Assembly (NCBI GenBank): GCA_002691145.1
Contig: NZHE01000024.1
Coordinates: 8,094-72,093 of the forward strand
Direction of reading: 5' to 3'
Origin: Rickettsiales bacterium
GTDB lineage: Bacteria; Pseudomonadota; Alphaproteobacteria; Methylaequorales; Methylaequoraceae
DNA length: 64,000 nucleotides
Under the pieces are notes generated by a model, which saw nothing but the letters and a program-made list of their open reading frames with translations, searched no databases and was not told the origin of the DNA. Of this stretch, positions 60,960-64,000 are shown piece by piece. Made by a program: the position numbers and the translations under genes. Within the stretch, counting starts at the first letter, position 1. The number at the start of each line of letters is the position of its first letter.

Positions 60960-62250
60960 TTTCAAAAAAATCTTGCCCAAGAAAATTTTAACCAGATTAT
61001 TAATAATTTTTTTTGTACCTTTGATCTTCATCCAAATTTTTGCTGTTTTTTTATTTTACGACCGTCATTGGGAAAAAATTACAACCAGATTTGCAAATAT
61101 TGCAAGCAACCAAATTAACTTAATTGTAAATGAATACTCAAAAAAGAACTTTGATAACGCGAATGAAATTGCAAAAAACTTAAACTTAAATGTTACTGTA
61201 ATAGATCAAAATGAAGTATTTAATACTCAAAAAAAATACAATTTAGTTGAAAAAAATATTTTGAATACTTTCGAAAGTAGAATATATTGGAATTTTGAAA
61301 TAAAATTCGCTCAAAATTTCATTGAATTCTATGTCTATCTTCCAAATGAAAAGCTTAAAATTATTTTACCGAAAAAATACTTAGTAAGTGAAACACCTTT
61401 AATACTTTTTATGTGGATAATTTCTTCATCAGTTTTTTTATCTTTATTAGCATTTTTATTTTTGAGGATACAAGTAAGAGCTATCACTAGGTTAGCAAAG
61501 TTTTCTGAAAAATTTAGCTTTGACAATGATATCAAAGGTTTCAAGCCGTCAGGTGCTGTTGAAATTAGAATGGCAGGCAATGCTTTTATAAGGATGAAAA
61601 AGAGAATTAAAAATCAAATAAAAACTAGAACAGATTTTCTTGCTGGTATTTCACATGATCTTGGAACATTAATTACTAGGATAAAACTTCAGCTTGAATT
61701 AGCAAGTAATCTCAGAGATATTAAGTCTGTAAAACAAGATGTGAATTCGATGCAATTGTTATTGAAAGAGTATTTAGAGTATTCAAAAAACATTAATACA
61801 TCAGATAAATTAAAAACGATTTATTTATCTTTATTTCTCAAAAATCTGGTAAATTCCTCAAAACCTATTTTTAAAAAAAAAAAAGTAACTGTTAGTTGCG
61901 ATCATAGTATTAATATTAAAATACGAGAGAATGATTTATTTAGAGTATGCTCAAATATTCTTAATAATGCCTGCAAATTTGGAGAAAAAATAAATATTTT
62001 TGTAGTAAAAGTTGGAAATAAAATTTTTATAAATATTGAAGACGACGGACCAGGAATACCAGAAAAAAATAGAAAAGAAATTTTTAAACCTTTCTTCAAG
62101 TTAGATTCATCTAGAAACTTAAACTGTATTGGCTCCGGTTTAGGTTTGAGCATTGCTAAGGAAATCATGACTAAAATAAATGGTAAAATTACCGTAACAA
62201 CATCAAATATGGGAGGTGCTCTATTCAAAGTCCAATTGCCATTAGACTAA
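60949..62250 (+). CDS. EnvZ-like sensor histidine kinase
   Basis: Two TM segments, HAMP, H-box GISHDL, N-box NNA.K, DDGPGIP and GSGLGL. Start is 60943 or 60949. Confidence 0.93.
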   Translation: MKYNFKKILPKKILTRLLIIFFVPLIFIQIFAVFLFYDRHWEKITTRFANIASNQINLIVNEYSKKNFDNANEIAKNLNLNVTVIDQNEVFNTQKKYNLVEKNILNTFESRIYWNFEIKFAQNFIEFYVYLPNEKLKIILPKKYLVSETPLILFMWIISSSVFLSLLAFLFLRIQVRAITRLAKFSEKFSFDNDIKGFKPSGAVEIRMAGNAFIRMKKRIKNQIKTRTDFLAGISHDLGTLITRIKLQLELASNLRDIKSVKQDVNSMQLLLKEYLEYSKNINTSDKLKTIYLSLFLKNLVNSSKPIFKKKKVTVSCDHSINIKIRENDLFRVCSNILNNACKFGEKINIFVVKVGNKIFINIEDDGPGIPEKNRKEIFKPFFKLDSSRNLNCIGSGLGLSIAKEIMTKINGKITVTTSNMGGALFKVQLPLD

Positions 62251-62255
62251 TGTAA

Positions 62256-63071
62256 CTAGTTGTATTTTTTACTTATTGAAAGCGATTTTTTTTTTGCCTT
62301 ATTTATCGCAGAAGCCAATAAATTCAAAATTTGATTTTTTTTATTTAAAAATTTGATAGCCTCTTCAGTAGTACCTCCTTTACTTGTTACGATTGAAATT
62401 ATTGAGTCTAAAGATTTTTTATTTTTTTTTAGGTATTCTGCAGAACCAAACAACATAGATTTCACCAATTCTGATGAATCTTTTTTTGATATCCCATTTT
62501 TCTCAGAAATTTCTATCAAATTTTTAAAAAAATGTAAAATATAAGCTGGTCCTCCACCGTAGAGTGCTGTAAAAAAATTTATATCAGTCTCTTTTTTAAG
62601 CCACATAATTTTTCCAATTTTTATAAACAAATCTTCAATATCTTCTTTTAATTCATTTGAAATTTTTTTTTTTGAAAATAATGCTGTAGAACTATGACTA
62701 ACACTAGCAAGAATATTTGGCATCACTCTGAAAATATTGGTGTTACTGTCAAATAATTTTTCAAGTTTTTTTATATTTATCCCTGCCATTAAAGAAATTA
62801 AGTTTTTTGTTTTAAAAAATTTACAATTCAATAGTAAGTTTGCCTTATCTAATTCTGGTGGTTTGATACATAATACTGTAAAGTCATAATATCGTGAGCT
62901 AAGATCTTGAAATTTTCTGTGGAATTTAATGCCCGGATGCAATTTTTTGAAAACTAAACTTTTTGTCTTATTTTTTTCAATAACTTCAAGTTCAATATTA
63001 CTACTAATCCATGACTCCAATAACAAACTTCCAAGATTTCCACATCCCAGTAATAATAACTTCTTTTTCAC
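62256..63071 (-). CDS. proC: Pyrroline-5-carboxylate reductase
   Basis: LGCGNLG, IKP, ISLMAG, RVMPN, GGGPAY and VTSKGGTT. Confidence 0.94.
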   Translation of the reverse strand: MKKKLLLLGCGNLGSLLLESWISSNIELEVIEKNKTKSLVFKKLHPGIKFHRKFQDLSSRYYDFTVLCIKPPELDKANLLLNCKFFKTKNLISLMAGINIKKLEKLFDSNTNIFRVMPNILASVSHSSTALFSKKKISNELKEDIEDLFIKIGKIMWLKKETDINFFTALYGGGPAYILHFFKNLIEISEKNGISKKDSSELVKSMLFGSAEYLKKNKKSLDSIISIVTSKGGTTEEAIKFLNKKNQILNLLASAINKAKKKSLSISKKYN

Positions 63072-63575
63072 TCAAGCCTCACCTAAAGTTTCAAGTAAAG
63101 CAAACTTTAGCGCAAAATCTGGGTCATTTTTTTTATATAAAAATACATGAAACGCTGGAAAATATTTGTCACACTCATCAGCCATCACATCAATCAAATC
63201 TTCAATTTGTTCAGTAGTCAATCCAGAAACTCCTTTTAAGGAAATATTATGTCTGTAGTGTATAGATTTTGATTCAGCCGAATAAATAAAGTAACCAACT
63301 AATAACTTTTCATTTATTGTTGAAATCATATCTTTAATTTTTCTAGACAATTTTGTAGGTATTTTAAGATTGAGTTTATTTGAAACTCTTATTAAAGAAT
63401 TGGGCTGAAACCAAAAAAAGGAAACATTGTATAGATTCCATATACCATTAAATTTAATAACTAGTTCATCTCTGTGATTTCTTGAAAACTCTAGGTCATA
63501 GGCTGAAACTATTTCTTCAATATCATCTATAGGATTAATGAAAATAGTAGATGTATTTTCATTATTTGATTTCAT
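63072..63575 (-). CDS. YbjN domain protein
   Basis: NPID.IE, G.W..Y, INE.L..G.F, ECD.YFPAF and C-terminal ET.GEA; typical neighbour of proC in Alphaproteobacteria. Confidence 0.85.
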   Translation of the reverse strand: MKSNNENTSTIFINPIDDIEEIVSAYDLEFSRNHRDELVIKFNGIWNLYNVSFFWFQPNSLIRVSNKLNLKIPTKLSRKIKDMISTINEKLLVGYFIYSAESKSIHYRHNISLKGVSGLTTEQIEDLIDVMADECDKYFPAFHVFLYKKNDPDFALKFALLETLGEA

Positions 63576-63685
63576 AGAATGACTTTATTATATAAAATAA
63601 ATTAAAGCAACAAATTATAGTGTGTTTATTACAAAAATTGTCAATATGTAGTATGTTTGAAATTATTTAATATAAATTATTTATT

Positions 63686-63871
63686 ATGATTTTATTAGTT
63701 ATTGTATTCTTAATTGTATATCTTCTGTTTTTTGTTTTTTGGGTATATTATATTCATAGAATGTTAAAAGAATCAAAAACATCACAAAATAACATTTATC
63801 TTGTATTTATATCTTTATTTTTATTTGTTACTTATTTATTAAGTTATATAATTTTAAAGATTCCAAACTAA
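63686..63871 (+). CDS. Hypothetical small 2-TM protein
   Basis: 61-aa ORF with two hydrophobic segments, 11 nt upstream of hldD. Confidence 0.5.
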   Translation: MILLVIVFLIVYLLFFVFWVYYIHRMLKESKTSQNNIYLVFISLFLFVTYLLSYIILKIPN

Positions 63872-63882
63872 TAATTTAGCTT

Positions 63883-64000
63883 ATGATAATCATTACAGGC
63901 GGTTGCGGTTTTATTGGTTCTAATGTTGTTAAAGCTCTTGAAGAGTTAGATTTTGAAGAAGTATGTGTAGTTGATCGATATAGCAATGAAAAACAAAAAA
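63883..64000 (+). CDS. hldD: ADP-L-glycero-D-manno-heptose 6-epimerase (NAD-dependent epimerase), partial
   Basis: Hand translation [31 protein letters not shown] resembles the HldD/RfaD N-terminus; truncated by the window end. Confidence 0.7.
   Translation, partial: MIIITGGCGFIGSNVVKALEELDFEEVCVVDRYSNEKQK

Noticed and set aside
7593-63217. Many short opposite-strand ORFs in the track (e.g. 8217-8420, 20076-20480, 26736-27101, 52733-53038, 57201-57521)
   Set aside because: They are shadow ORFs lying inside well-supported genes, with no recognisable motifs.
1-64000. CRISPR arrays, IS elements, prophage or defence genes
   Set aside because: No regularly spaced repeats, transposase, integrase or phage motifs were seen; almost all sequence is accounted for by housekeeping genes.

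Overview
This window comes from a very AT-rich, tightly packed alphaproteobacterial chromosome that looks like a streamlined marine lineage; the exact taxon cannot be fixed from this sequence. It is mostly housekeeping. From left to right it holds: a small-gene patch (1-2 kb); sspB-fumC; a frameshifted AsmA-like gene; an SH3 protein; an amidase; rnpB; a complete dcw cluster (mraZ to ftsA, then lpxC-bamD-recN); a minus-strand run of metF, split metH, uvrD and a frameshifted aminopeptidase P; mlaA/mlaC; tRNA-Ile2(CAT); rpoD-dnaG-yqeY; carAB-greA-trxB; panE and aspartate aminotransferase; uvrB-SDR; uvrC-pgsA-mobB-moeA-moaD-moaE; ilvE; an OmpR/EnvZ-type pair; proC; a YbjN gene; and the start of hldD. 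I saw no mobile element, prophage or CRISPR array. The most notable observations are five. (1) A three-DnaA-box element with the spacing of the E. coli DARS1 core, plus a consensus IHF site, lies between uvrB-SDR and uvrC. (2) ftsZ has moved from its usual place after ftsA to between mraZ and rsmH. (3) A candidate ~65-nt sRNA with an anti-Shine-Dalgarno loop converges on an unannotated 53-aa membrane ORF. (4) moaE apparently starts at AUA. (5) Two genes are broken by +1 shifts in poly-A tracts.
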